Shown here: positions 28,977 through 39,058 of the stretch, piece by piece
Layout of the letters: each line of letters begins with the position of its first letter
How positions within the stretch are numbered: the stretch's first letter is position 1
Assembly (NCBI GenBank): GCA_023485845.1
Contig: JAMCZE010000001.1
Location: forward strand, 62,456 to 126,455
Length of the DNA stretch: 64,000 bases
Direction: 5' to 3'
DNA from: Patescibacteria group bacterium
Lineage (GTDB): Bacteria; Patescibacteriota; Microgenomatia; JAMCZE01
The notes under the pieces: generated by a model
What the model saw: only the letters and a program-made list of their open reading frames with translations
Databases searched by the model: none
What the model was told of the DNA's origin: nothing
Program-made: the position numbers and the translations under genes

Positions 28977-30405
28977 TATTTTTGCCTGGGTTCTTCTGAC
29001 GTCTGGTTATCTGATTAGTCGTCTGGTTAACTTGGGAATTATTCCCATCTTCACTGATGAGGCCATCTATTTGCGCTGGAGCCAAATCATGGCCAATGAC
29101 GCGGCGCTGCGCTATTTGCCCCTGGTTGACGGCAAACCGCCGCTATTTATGTGGCTAACAGCCGTGGTGATGCGCCTTTTGCCTCGCCTTGACCCACTTT
29201 TAACCGGACGGTTGGTTTCTGTTGGCGCTGGTCTTGCCAGCACCATCGGCATCTTTTTTGCTTCTTATGTGCTCTTTAAAAACAAAAAAATCTCTTATCT
29301 TGCTTCTCTATTCTATATACTCACCCCTTTCTGTTTTTTTTACGATCGTTTCGGCCTTGATGATTCACTCTTGGCGATGTTTGGCATCTGGAGCTTGGGT
29401 TTGGGTGTTTTATTGGCGAAGAAACTCCGCCTGGATGTGGCGATGATTGATGGAATCGCCATCGGTTTTGGGCTCTTGACCAAAACCCCGGCCAATTTTT
29501 TCCTGGTGCTTTTGCCGACCCTGCTACTATTTTTTGATTTTCGCAATAAGAACTGGCAGTCTAACCTGTTAAAACTGGCCGGATTGTTTATGGTGGTAGT
29601 GGTTTTTGCCCAGGGCATTTTCTCCGTCTTGCGGCTTTTTCCGCTGTTTAGCATGATTGGTCAAAAAAACCTGGAATTTGTTGTTCCTTTGTCAGTTTTG
29701 ATCACCCACCCATTGGAATTTTTCCCGGGCAATTTGCACAGCCTACTTAGTTGGGAATTTGTTTATCTAACCCCCTTAATCTCCCTGATATCCCTTATTG
29801 GTCTTTGGGTTGGCCTGAAGAAGTGGCCGCGGCAAACTCTTTTCTTGGCTGCCGGTTTTGTCCTCCCTCTGGTGGCCATTGCCTTGTTCAATAAAGTTAT
29901 CTATCCGCGTTATCTTTCGACTTTCACCCCGGTTCTTTTAATCCTGGCCGCCGTCGGTCTGGCCAATTGTAAGAAAGTTTCCCTAATCTTTCTGATTTCC
30001 CTTATAGTTTTTGCCTGGCCAATCTACACTGATCTTAAGTTGATCACTGACCCGGTTCATGCTCCGCTCCTGCAGGCGGACCGGGACCAATATCTTGACG
30101 GCTGGCCGGCCGGCTTTGGCGTGATTCAGATTCGCAAGTATTTAGCGGGCAAAACCGGGGTCATCGCCACCGAGGGGACCTTTGGTCTAATGCCTTATTC
30201 ACTGGAGCTTTATCAAAAAGACTATCCGAATGTGGAAATAAAAGCTTATTGGCCGCTGCCGGCAACTGCCCCGGCCGGATTGAACTATGTGATTGTCTAC
30301 CAGCACCCCGGTGCGCCGGCCGGCTGGCACGTGGAACTGCTGGCGAAATACCGTCAAGGCCTGGGCGATAGCTATTTGCGGCTGTATAAAGTGCTTCCCC
30401 AATGA
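28954..30405 (+). CDS. GT-C (GT39/ArnT-like) glycosyltransferase
   Basis: ATG 28954. PIFTDEAIY, DGKPPLFMW, YDR, LTK, YPRY. Confidence 0.8.
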   Translation: MIKLKRADIFAWVLLTSGYLISRLVNLGIIPIFTDEAIYLRWSQIMANDAALRYLPLVDGKPPLFMWLTAVVMRLLPRLDPLLTGRLVSVGAGLASTIGIFFASYVLFKNKKISYLASLFYILTPFCFFYDRFGLDDSLLAMFGIWSLGLGVLLAKKLRLDVAMIDGIAIGFGLLTKTPANFFLVLLPTLLLFFDFRNKNWQSNLLKLAGLFMVVVVFAQGIFSVLRLFPLFSMIGQKNLEFVVPLSVLITHPLEFFPGNLHSLLSWEFVYLTPLISLISLIGLWVGLKKWPRQTLFLAAGFVLPLVAIALFNKVIYPRYLSTFTPVLLILAAVGLANCKKVSLIFLISLIVFAWPIYTDLKLITDPVHAPLLQADRDQYLDGWPAGFGVIQIRKYLAGKTGVIATEGTFGLMPYSLELYQKDYPNVEIKAYWPLPATAPAGLNYVIVYQHPGAPAGWHVELLAKYRQGLGDSYLRLYKVLPQ

Positions 30406-31883
30406 AGAAATATGCGCTTTTATTAACCATTGTTTTTCTAGCGGCATTGCTTCGCCTCTGGCAGTTGGGAGTCAATCCGCCCAGTCTGGATTGGGATGAA
30501 GCCTCGTTAGGCTGGAACGCTTATTCAATTTTAAAAACCGGTAGTGATGAGTTTGGTAAACCCATCCCGGTTTCTTTGCGGTCGTTTAATGACTATAAAC
30601 CGGCCATGTATGCCTACGCGGCCATTCCGTCGATTGCCGTTTTTGGCCTCAATGAATTTTCCGTTCGCCTGCCTTCGGCAATCGCCGGCATCTTGACGGT
30701 GTTGGTTACTTTCTTTCTGGTCAAGGAACTCACAGACAATGATCTATTGAGTTACTGTGTCGCTGGGTTACTGGCGGTTTCTCCTTGGTCGATTCAGTTT
30801 TCCCGAGTGGCTTTTGAAGCCAATCTTGCCCTTTTTTTCTTTGTTCTCGGGGCCTACTTTTTAATTAAGTTTCTCCACCGCCCCAACATTCTATTTTCTA
30901 TTGCCTACTGTCTGTCGTTTGTTGCCTCTATTTATTCCTATCACAGTCCGCGGGTGGTGGTGCCGGTGTTATTGGTCGCAATAGTTTTAATTTATCGCCG
31001 CATCTTTCTTTCCCACTGGCGTTTGTTTCTTGTTTCTTATTTCTTATTTCTTGCACTGCTTTATCCCTTGGCGCGCAACACGGTTCACACGGGGTCACTT
31101 GAGGCCCGCTATCAAACAGTAGCCGCCAAATTAGATCCAATGGTGATCACCGGCAACTACTTGCGCCATTTTAATTTTGACTTTCTTTTTCTGACCGGGG
31201 ACGACCAGGACCGCCATCACGCGCCCGATATGGGCCTTCTTTATTTGTGGGAGTTTCCTTTTCTTCTAGCTGGCCTTTATTTTCTGGTTAAGGATCGGCC
31301 AAAGTTTTTGCCCTTTTTGGCCATATGGTTTTTTGCCGCCCCGACTGCCTCGTCTTTAGCTAACGATGCTCCCCATGCCGTCCGCTCCCTTTTATTCTTG
31401 CCCACCTGGCAAATTATTACCGCCTATGGTCTGGTGAATCTCCTTCGTGGTCGTCCCCTTCTGGTTTGTCTGATCAGTCTGGTTATCTTCGCTAATGTTT
31501 TCTATTTTCTCCATCAATATTTTGTTCATTTGCCGGTGGAGGATGCCCCCGCTTGGCAATATGGCTACAAACAAATGGTCAAAAACGTTTTGGCGGTCGA
31601 GAAAAATTATGACCGAATTTATGTCACCGGTGCTTATGACCAGCCCTACATTTATTTTCTCTTTTATGGCCGCATCGCCCCGACGATCAAAAATGATGGC
31701 TATTTCTACACTGGCTTTGACAAATACCAGTTTTCCACCACCGACGTAGTCGACCTCAAGGGCCTCTACGTCCTGGCCCCGAAAGACAACCCTCCGGCGG
31801 GATATAAATTAAATGTTTTAGAAACGGTTAATTTCCCCGCTGGCGCCCCGGCGTTTGAAATTGGTACAATACAAAAATCATGA
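30402..31883 (+). CDS. GT-C (PMT-2/ArnT-like), WDEA-x-NA subfamily
   Basis: WDEASLGWNAYSILKTGSDEFG, RSFNDYKP, RLPSA, PHAVR, WQYGY. Confidence 0.82.
   Translation: MKKYALLLTIVFLAALLRLWQLGVNPPSLDWDEASLGWNAYSILKTGSDEFGKPIPVSLRSFNDYKPAMYAYAAIPSIAVFGLNEFSVRLPSAIAGILTVLVTFFLVKELTDNDLLSYCVAGLLAVSPWSIQFSRVAFEANLALFFFVLGAYFLIKFLHRPNILFSIAYCLSFVASIYSYHSPRVVVPVLLVAIVLIYRRIFLSHWRLFLVSYFLFLALLYPLARNTVHTGSLEARYQTVAAKLDPMVITGNYLRHFNFDFLFLTGDDQDRHHAPDMGLLYLWEFPFLLAGLYFLVKDRPKFLPFLAIWFFAAPTASSLANDAPHAVRSLLFLPTWQIITAYGLVNLLRGRPLLVCLISLVIFANVFYFLHQYFVHLPVEDAPAWQYGYKQMVKNVLAVEKNYDRIYVTGAYDQPYIYFLFYGRIAPTIKNDGYFYTGFDKYQFSTTDVVDLKGLYVLAPKDNPPAGYKLNVLETVNFPAGAPAFEIGTIQKS
31024..31051 (+). repeat. Heptamer tandem repeat (T[G/A]TTTCT)x4 in CDS
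   Basis: TGTTTCT TGTTTCT TATTTCT TATTTCT. Confidence 0.8.
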
Positions 31884-32635
31884 AGCCATATTTGTCGGTT
31901 GTCATCCCTGCCTATAATGAAGCCAGGAACTTTCGGGATGGAGTTTTGGACCAGGCAATAGGCTATCTAAAAAAACAAAAATATTCCTGGGAGGTTTTGC
32001 TGGTTAATGACGGTTCCACCGACGACACTAAGGTCCTTTTGGAAGGATTTTGCAAAAAGAATAGGAACTGCCGATTGATGACAATTTCCCACGGTGGCAA
32101 GGCAGCAGCCGTGACCGCCGGAATGCTGGCAGCGGGAGGAGAAATGGTTGTTTTCACCGACTTTGACCAGTCAACACCGCTTAACCAAATAGAGAAGTTT
32201 ATTAAGGAGCACAAAGCCGGGGCAGGCGTGGTGGTCGGTGATCGGGGAGGAATGGGCAAGATGAATAACACCCTCTTTCGCCGGATCAGAAGTATGGTTT
32301 TTGTCACCTTAGTAAATATTATCCTTTTGCCGGGGATCCGTGACAGCCAATGTGGGTTCAAGTCCTTCACCGGTGGCGCCGCCAAAGAGATCTTCAAGAG
32401 CTTGAAGGTTACCCGGACAAGGAAAGTCACCGGGGGCTACATGGGGGCGTTTGATGTTGAGGTTCTTTACTTGGCTCGAAAATTTGGCTATAAAATAGTT
32501 CAAGTCCCGGTAATTTGGAAAAATGTCGAAGGAACCAGGCTTAATCCTTGGCTGGAGCCACTTAAGATGTTGTGCGACACCGTTAAAGTTCGTTTAACCA
32601 ATTATGATTATCACTCAAACACCGCTGCGGATTAG
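31880..32635 (+). CDS. GT2 polyprenol-phosphate glycosyltransferase (Alg5/DPM-like)
   Basis: IPAYNE, NDGSTD, HGGK, FTDFDQSTP, DSQCGFK, FDVE. Confidence 0.88.
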   Translation: MKPYLSVVIPAYNEARNFRDGVLDQAIGYLKKQKYSWEVLLVNDGSTDDTKVLLEGFCKKNRNCRLMTISHGGKAAAVTAGMLAAGGEMVVFTDFDQSTPLNQIEKFIKEHKAGAGVVVGDRGGMGKMNNTLFRRIRSMVFVTLVNIILLPGIRDSQCGFKSFTGGAAKEIFKSLKVTRTRKVTGGYMGAFDVEVLYLARKFGYKIVQVPVIWKNVEGTRLNPWLEPLKMLCDTVKVRLTNYDYHSNTAAD

Positions 32636-33584
32636 TTTTCTTGGGGGCAACACCGATTTCCCGGATTTTTTCAGGAAACACGGCGGGGCGGTGCTGACCA
32701 CGGCTATCGATAAGTATATTTATTGTATTCTCACTGAACGCTTTGATGACAAGATTTATGTTAACTGGAGTAAGAAAGAAATTGTTGACAATGTTGATCA
32801 GATTGAACATGAACTGGTGCGGGAGGCCATGAAGAAAACCGGCGTCACCAAGGGGGTGGAAATTTCTTTTTTGGCAGACATTCCTTCCGAAGGTTCCGGC
32901 CTTGGTTCCTCCGGCTCGGTGTTGGTGGGAGCCTTAAACGCTCTCTATCACCATGTTGGTCACACCCCAACCCCAGAACAGCTAGCAGAAGAAGCGGTGG
33001 AGATTGAGGTGGAGAAATTGGGTAAACCGGTTGGTGTCCAGGACCAGTACATTGCCGCTTTTGGCGGTTTACGCTTTTTGGAATTTCACAAAACCGGAGA
33101 TATTTCTACCGAGAAAGTGAACTTAACCAACGGTCGGCTGGCCGATCTGGCGAGCTCTCTGATGCTTTTCTACACTGGTCGATCCCGACTTTCCAAGACT
33201 ATTTTGGTTGATGTCCATCAAAATCTTGACAAAAAAACACAAGTTCTCTTGCAAACTAAGAGGCTGGCGCAGACGGGGCACCGGGCACTGGTCAGCGGCA
33301 ACGTGCAAAAACTTGGAGAACTAATGAACGAATATTGGCAACTGAAAAAGGCGATGGCGGATAATATTTCCGACCGGGAGATCGATCGGATGTATTCTCT
33401 GGCAAAAAAGGCCGGGGCCATCGGCGGAAAAATTGCCGGCGCCGGGGGTGGCGGGTTTTTGGTGTTAATCGTTCCCAGCCAGAGGCGGGAATCAGTCCGC
33501 CAAGCCCTATCTTCTTATAAAGAGCTTCCTATTGGATTGGAGCGGGATGGCAGCAAGGTCATTTTTAATGTTCGCCGCTATTAG
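32604..33584 (+). CDS. hddA: GHMP kinase, D-glycero-alpha-D-manno-heptose-7-phosphate kinase-like
   Basis: PLRISFLGGNTD, GSGLGSS, GVQDQY, GAGGGGF. Adjacent to gmhA. Confidence 0.85.
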   Translation: MIITQTPLRISFLGGNTDFPDFFRKHGGAVLTTAIDKYIYCILTERFDDKIYVNWSKKEIVDNVDQIEHELVREAMKKTGVTKGVEISFLADIPSEGSGLGSSGSVLVGALNALYHHVGHTPTPEQLAEEAVEIEVEKLGKPVGVQDQYIAAFGGLRFLEFHKTGDISTEKVNLTNGRLADLASSLMLFYTGRSRLSKTILVDVHQNLDKKTQVLLQTKRLAQTGHRALVSGNVQKLGELMNEYWQLKKAMADNISDREIDRMYSLAKKAGAIGGKIAGAGGGGFLVLIVPSQRRESVRQALSSYKELPIGLERDGSKVIFNVRRY

Positions 33585-33587
33585 AAC

Positions 33588-34175
33588 ATGAAAGACTACA
33601 TTGCCAATTTAAAGATATACCTGGATAAGATTAATTTGGCAAAGTTAGAATCCGCTGCTAAATTGCTAGCCGGTACTTATCAAAAACGCTCAACTGTGTT
33701 CGTGGTTGGTAATGGCGGATCAGCTGCCACCGCTTCGCATATTGCTTGTGATTTGGCCAAAACAGTTCGTGGACATAAAGGCGATTCCCCCTGGCTGTCT
33801 TTCAAGGTGATCACGCTGACCGACAACGTTCCCCTGATAACTGCCTGGAGCAATGATGTGGGCTATGAATCAGCTTATTCCGGTCAGTTAGAGGCCTTGG
33901 GAGAAAAAGGAGACTTGTTAATTGCCATTTCTTCTTCGGGAAACTCACAAAACATTCTAAACTGCGTTAAGGCTGCTCGGAAAATGGGAATCAAAACCAT
34001 TGGAATTTCCGGCTTTGGCGGGGGAAAACTAAAGAAAATTTGTGATCTTTCTTTAACCACGGATGCGGCCGCCTATGGTCCGGTCGAGGATATACAATTA
34101 ATTATCAACCACATGTTAACAGACTATTTTTTAAAAACATTGTCACAGGGAAAACTAAAAGTTAATACCCCATAA
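33588..34175 (+). CDS. gmhA: Sedoheptulose-7-phosphate isomerase (SIS domain)
   Basis: GNGGSAA..SH, ND.GY, ISSSGNS.N, VED. Confidence 0.88.
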   Translation: MKDYIANLKIYLDKINLAKLESAAKLLAGTYQKRSTVFVVGNGGSAATASHIACDLAKTVRGHKGDSPWLSFKVITLTDNVPLITAWSNDVGYESAYSGQLEALGEKGDLLIAISSSGNSQNILNCVKAARKMGIKTIGISGFGGGKLKKICDLSLTTDAAAYGPVEDIQLIINHMLTDYFLKTLSQGKLKVNTP

Positions 34176-35528
34176 ACTTCCGGGCGGACAAATAAGTGAT
34201 AGTTGGGTTGCGATTATCCGGCAGTTGCGATAAATAGGCTACTTGGTATTTTCCCGGGTAAAAAACGGCAAAGAAATCCTGATTTGATAGGTCTAATTTT
34301 AACTCGCTTGCCGGGCTCCAGGGCAGTCCGGCATCCGCTGGTGTGTCATAGAAAACGATATTTTTGTTTCCTTGGTATGTTCGGAAATATGTTTCCACCC
34401 GTTTGGCCACCTGGGCTCCCTGAACGATCCAATGAGTTTGGGCAGTTAGCCGCAAAGTGAAAAGGGAAGTTGCCAGCCAGGCTCCGCAAATAATTAAGAG
34501 GAATTTATTATTTTGTCTGGCCATCAACCAGCCCAGAAACAAAACCAGCCCGACTAGGGGAACGCCCAGCTCATAGGTGAACTTGTGCCAGGGGAGAAAG
34601 GCTACTGGGACCAGTGTCAAGAAAAACCAGCTGGCAGCGATTATGGTTATTGCCCAGTTCCCTTTTGGTTTTTTAACCAGGGCAAAAAGAGCACCGGTCA
34701 CGGTAACGGCGAAAAATGCCAGGATCACCATTGTCTGTGTCCCGTGGAAAGCCCAAAGATTAGGGTTAATATGTAATCCCGGGCCGATGTAGTCAACCAG
34801 TAGCTCGGGAAGATTAAAGGCCCAAAGCAGATACCAACCCAGGGTGTTGAGAACCTTCGGTGAAAACTGCAAAACATACACGCTTCCCGGCGGCAGGCCA
34901 AAGAAAAGCAAATGGATAACTAGATAGGCGGCCACCAGCACATAATGGGGAATCAGGCTAAAAAGCCGGCGCCAAGATCTTTCCAAAAGAACCAACACGG
35001 TTAGCATGGGGGGATCATGATGGCGGTTTCCTTGGACATTAGCGCTGCCACTAGAGCCAGGAAGGACAGAATACCCCGTTTTTCTAAAAAAAGAATTACC
35101 GAAAGAAGAAAGAATAAGATTAATCCTGTTTCCTGAAAGATTGCGGTCCAATAGAGGTGGGCAAAGTGAGTAGCGGAAACGGCGTAGAGAAAGGTGCTGA
35201 TCAAAGCCGATTTCTCATTGCGAAGAATAATCTTTGCCAACCGGTGGATAAGATAGATGTCGGCAAAGAAGACAATAAAGGAAATAATGTGCAAAGGAAT
35301 GGGAGAAAGGTTAAACAGGTGGCTGACAAAAAAATAGGCTTGGGTGGTTAGCGGCCGGTAGGAGCCCATTCGTTCCGGGGCATGAATGGGGTCAAAAAAA
35401 TTTAAAAACCCGGCAACGCTATGGACATCGGCCAGCCGCAGTTCCAAAAAATCATCCCGGGTGAAGAAATTACCCAAGGACGGCAAAAAGAGCAGGAAGG
35501 CTAAAAGACAAATCAACTTAAGTTTCAT
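34162..35528 (-). pseudogene. TMTC/GT39-like GT-C gene frameshifted at a C6 tract
   Basis: N part has RDDF, YRPL, SKET. Frame changes at ATCCCCCCATG (G6 at 35008-35013); one extra C gives a 455-aa ORF. Confidence 0.72.
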
Positions 35529-35552
35529 CTAAAGCTATGATATCATCAAATC
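35529..35552. promoter_or_regulatory. Palindromic bidirectional extended -10 (ATGATATCAT)
   Basis: 35537-35546 reads TGATATCAT on both strands; 6 nt to GTG 35553 and 8 nt to ATG 35528. Confidence 0.5.
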
Positions 35553-36428
35553 GTGAAACTTTGTGTCACCTTGGCCACCTTTAATGAGGAGAAGAACCTG
35601 GCCCGCTGTCTGGAAGCGGTCAAGGACATCGCCGATGAGATTGTGATTGTGGACGGCACTTCCACCGACAAAACCCGTGATATCGCCAAAAGCTTCGGGG
35701 CAAAAATTACCATGGTCTTAAACCGGCCGGAAAATTTCCACATAAATAAAGAGAAAGCTCTTCGTCTGTCGAAAAGCGAATGGATTCTTCAACTGGACGC
35801 AGATGAAGTGGTCTCTTCCGATCTTGCTAAAGAAATAATCAAAGTGGTTAACATGGATCCGGTGAGTCTGGAAAAATATCAAAATACCCTGCTGAACAAA
35901 GAATTATTTCTTAGGCACCAGTTGGTGGTGGAACAGCGCGATGGAAAAATTGGAAGTGATAGCGGCCCATATACGGCATTTTTTATTCCCCGCCTCAATT
36001 TTTTTCTGGGTAAATTCATCCGACATGGGGGTATTTACCCGGACGGAGTCATTAGACTAGTTAAGAATGGGCACGCCCATTTCCCCCAAAAAAGTGTTCA
36101 TGAACAAATTAAAATTGATGGTCGCGTGGGCTGGTTGACCAATAATCTCTTACACTATGGCAATCCAAGTTTTTCAACCTACCTGGAGAAGCGGTTTAAT
36201 CGATACACGAATATTATGGCGGTGAGTTTATCCGGCGGATTTATAGAGAATGTTATTTGGCGGCCATTGTTTGATAAATATCAAGGCTTTTTCTTTATTT
36301 ATTTTCGCCATCTGGGTTTTTTGGACGGTTTCCCGGGGTTTGTCTGGGCGCTTTTTTCCGCCCTGCATTTCCCGATTGCCTACTTTAAAAAGATGGAGAA
36401 AAAATATGGTGCGCGTTCAACTCATTAA
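35553..36428 (+). CDS. GT2 glycosyltransferase (WaaE/KdtX-like)
   Basis: TFNEE, VDGTSTD, WILQLDADE, YPDGVIRL, VHE, GFLDG.PG. Confidence 0.88.
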   Translation: MKLCVTLATFNEEKNLARCLEAVKDIADEIVIVDGTSTDKTRDIAKSFGAKITMVLNRPENFHINKEKALRLSKSEWILQLDADEVVSSDLAKEIIKVVNMDPVSLEKYQNTLLNKELFLRHQLVVEQRDGKIGSDSGPYTAFFIPRLNFFLGKFIRHGGIYPDGVIRLVKNGHAHFPQKSVHEQIKIDGRVGWLTNNLLHYGNPSFSTYLEKRFNRYTNIMAVSLSGGFIENVIWRPLFDKYQGFFFIYFRHLGFLDGFPGFVWALFSALHFPIAYFKKMEKKYGARSTH

Positions 36429-37377
36429 CCCGCCAAATCTCGGCAACTCTTTCCGGGGTGTGGGTTTTTATGGACAGAATCTAACGGCCGCTTTGGAAAA
36501 GATTCCCGATTTGGACTTAACCGATCAAAATCCGCAGGTCATCCACTATCTCTATTTTGACCCGTTTTTTCTGACTTTGCCGCCATTTCACCGGGCAAGA
36601 ACCGTGGTCACTATTTTTGATCTCACGCCATTTATTCTTCCAACACTTTTTCCCCGCGGCCTCCGGGGGGAAATCAAATGGCAAATTCAAAAAAGGCTGG
36701 TGTCCCAAGCAGATGCCATTATCACCATTTCTCAATCCGCGAAAGCCGACATTGCCCGCATTATTGGTGTCCCCAAAGAAAAAATATTGGTCACCTATTT
36801 AGCAGCCGGCAAAAGCTGTCGACCAAAAAAGGTTAAGCAGGAAAATTTTATCCTTTATATTGGCGACGTCAACCCAAACAAAAATCTTTCCAGTCTGATT
36901 AGGGCGATGGTCCAGCTGCCAGACGAGAAATTAGTCCTTGTCGGCAAGGCCTTCACGGACATGAATCTGCCGGAGACCAGGGCAATCAGGGCCGAAATTA
37001 AAAATTTGGGACTTGAAAAAAAGGTTTCCCTGCCGGGATTTATTAGTGAGGAGGAAAAAGTGAGCCTTCTTAATCGGGCGGCGGTCTATGTTCAGCCGTC
37101 AATTTATGAAGGTTTTGGACTGCCGGTTTTGGAGGCCATGGCTTGTGGCACGCCGGTGGTTTGCGGCCGAAATTCCAGTTTGCCGGAAATTGCGGGAGAA
37201 GCGGCCGTGTTTGCGGATGTTTCTGATTCCAGTGATCTAGCGCGAAAGATTTTGGAAGCAAAGAAGGGGAAGTTAATTCAAAAAGGACTAGCCCAAGCGG
37301 CAAAATTTAGTTGGGAAAAAACTGCCCGGGAAACTGCCCGGATTTATGAAGACCTTTGTCATCATTCCCGCTTATAA
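36406..37377 (+). CDS. GT4 glycosyltransferase (mannosyltransferase-like)
   Basis: ATG 36406. RGVG.Y, KN, PSIYEGFGLPVLEAMACG, SSLPE, FSWEKTA. Confidence 0.9.
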   Translation: MVRVQLINPPNLGNSFRGVGFYGQNLTAALEKIPDLDLTDQNPQVIHYLYFDPFFLTLPPFHRARTVVTIFDLTPFILPTLFPRGLRGEIKWQIQKRLVSQADAIITISQSAKADIARIIGVPKEKILVTYLAAGKSCRPKKVKQENFILYIGDVNPNKNLSSLIRAMVQLPDEKLVLVGKAFTDMNLPETRAIRAEIKNLGLEKKVSLPGFISEEEKVSLLNRAAVYVQPSIYEGFGLPVLEAMACGTPVVCGRNSSLPEIAGEAAVFADVSDSSDLARKILEAKKGKLIQKGLAQAAKFSWEKTARETARIYEDLCHHSRL

Positions 37378-38017
37378 CGAGGCCGAAACCATCGCTAATG
37401 TGATTGCCGATTTGCGCCGCTTCGGCTATTGGGACATTGTGGTGGTCAATGACGGTTCCCGAGACGACACGGGCAAGATTGCCCGCCGGTTAAAAGTCAC
37501 GGTGCTGACCCATGTGCTCAATCGCGGCTTGGGGGCGGCTTTGGGCACCGGGTTTGCTTATGCCCAAAAGACGGGGGCTGATGTTCTGGTCACGTTTGAT
37601 GCTGACGGTCAGCATAAGGCAAAAGACATAAAGAAACTTCTCGATGTGTTGGTGAAAAAAAATGTTGACGTGGTGATTGGCAGCCGGACTCGGCAGCGGG
37701 CCAATATGCCGCTTGGTCGCCGCCTGTTAAATTTTCTAAGTAACGTTCTCACGCTTATTTTGTTCCAAGTTTGGTCCAGTGATTCCCAATCAGGCCTACG
37801 GGTGTTTAACAAAAAAGCCCTGGAATGTATTAATATTAAGACGGACAAGATGGAGGTCAGCAGTGAATTTTTTAAGGAAATAAGAGATAATCATCTAAAG
37901 TTTGCCGAGGTGCCGATTTCCGCCGTCTACACGGCCTATGGGATGCTCAGCAGCAAACAAGGGGAATTCGCGTCAGCCAGAATTTCCTGGAAACTTTTTT
38001 TGCGGCTGTTTCGCTAA
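37346..38017 (+). CDS. GT2 DPM1-like glycosyltransferase
   Basis: IPAYNE, NDGSRD, NRGLGAA, FDADGQH, GSR, DSQSG.R. Confidence 0.9.
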   Translation: MKTFVIIPAYNEAETIANVIADLRRFGYWDIVVVNDGSRDDTGKIARRLKVTVLTHVLNRGLGAALGTGFAYAQKTGADVLVTFDADGQHKAKDIKKLLDVLVKKNVDVVIGSRTRQRANMPLGRRLLNFLSNVLTLILFQVWSSDSQSGLRVFNKKALECINIKTDKMEVSSEFFKEIRDNHLKFAEVPISAVYTAYGMLSSKQGEFASARISWKLFLRLFR

Positions 38018-38020
38018 ATT

Positions 38021-38350
38021 ATGTTTTTATTTCAAATCATCACTATCTTTTTCCTGCTGTTTGCTCTAAGCCGGGTTTTTTTGCGGGCTAAGGGAGGTCA
38101 GATTAAAACCGGGGAATCTTTTTTCTGGGGGGTGGTTTTCACCGCCGCCGGATTGGCCATTGTTTTCCCCCGGGAGCTAACGTCGCTGGCAAATTCCTTG
38201 GGCGTTGGTCGGGGAGCGGATCTGGTGGTCTACATTTCCATCATCGCCCTCTTCTATTTGGTTTTTCGCATCTATGTGATGATGGAGAACATCCGTCACG
38301 AAATCACCGAACTGGTCCGCAAAGTTGCCCTGGAAAAGAAAACTAAATGA
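38021..38350 (+). CDS. DUF2304-like small membrane protein
   Basis: 3 [20 protein letters not shown]. Typical position after a DPM1-like GT2. Confidence 0.85.
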   Translation: MFLFQIITIFFLLFALSRVFLRAKGGQIKTGESFFWGVVFTAAGLAIVFPRELTSLANSLGVGRGADLVVYISIIALFYLVFRIYVMMENIRHEITELVRKVALEKKTK

Positions 38351-39048
38351 AAACGCTCTCCGTAATTATTCCTGTCTACAATGAGGAACAGACGGTGGCG
38401 GAGGTGATTGAACGAGTGGCTGCGGTCAAACTGCCGCGGATAAAAAAAGAAATTATTGTCGTCAATGATGGCTCAACCGACCGAACCCGGGAACGGATTA
38501 GACTAACTCCGAAAAAGGGCAATGGGTTAATCGTTCATAATCAACTAATAAATTTGGGAAAGGGAGCAGCCGTCCGAACCGGTTTAGCGCTTGCCAGTGG
38601 AGATTTCATTATTATCCAAGATGCCGATTTAGAGCTTAACCCGCAGGAGTATTACAAGATTCTTTCCCCGATCGTCTCCGGAAAGAGTCAGGTTGTTTAC
38701 GGATCCCGTTTTGCTAAAGGCCAAAACGCCATTTCTTTGCGGACCAAAGTTGCCAACGGCATGCTGACCGCTTTGACAAATTGTCTTTTTGGCGGCCATC
38801 TGACGGATATGGAAACAGCATATAAAGCTTTTGACAAAAAAGTCTTAGGCTTTTTAAGTAAAACAAAACTTCGGTCTCTTGAATTTGAATTCGAGCCGGA
38901 AATCACCGCAAAATTGTTAAAAAATAAGATAAAGATTTTAGAAGTGCCGATTGAATATCACCCGCGCACTGTCGCCGCCGGCAAGAAAATTCGGCTCAAG
39001 GATGGCTTGGAAGCGATTTTAACTTTGTTGCGTTGCCGATTTTGGTAA
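38347..39048 (+). CDS. GT2 DPM1-like glycosyltransferase
   Basis: IPVYNEE, GKGAA, IQDADLE.NP, YGSRF, TDMET.YK, EPEITAK, GKKI. Confidence 0.9.
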   Translation: MKTLSVIIPVYNEEQTVAEVIERVAAVKLPRIKKEIIVVNDGSTDRTRERIRLTPKKGNGLIVHNQLINLGKGAAVRTGLALASGDFIIIQDADLELNPQEYYKILSPIVSGKSQVVYGSRFAKGQNAISLRTKVANGMLTALTNCLFGGHLTDMETAYKAFDKKVLGFLSKTKLRSLEFEFEPEITAKLLKNKIKILEVPIEYHPRTVAAGKKIRLKDGLEAILTLLRCRFW

Positions 39049-39058
39049 GATTAATTTA

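Noticed and set aside
30744-30775. Degenerate period-8 pattern (CTATTGAG TTACTGTG TCGCTGGG TTACTGGC) and weak heptamers at 29293-29320
   Set aside because: Too degenerate to separate from chance by eye.
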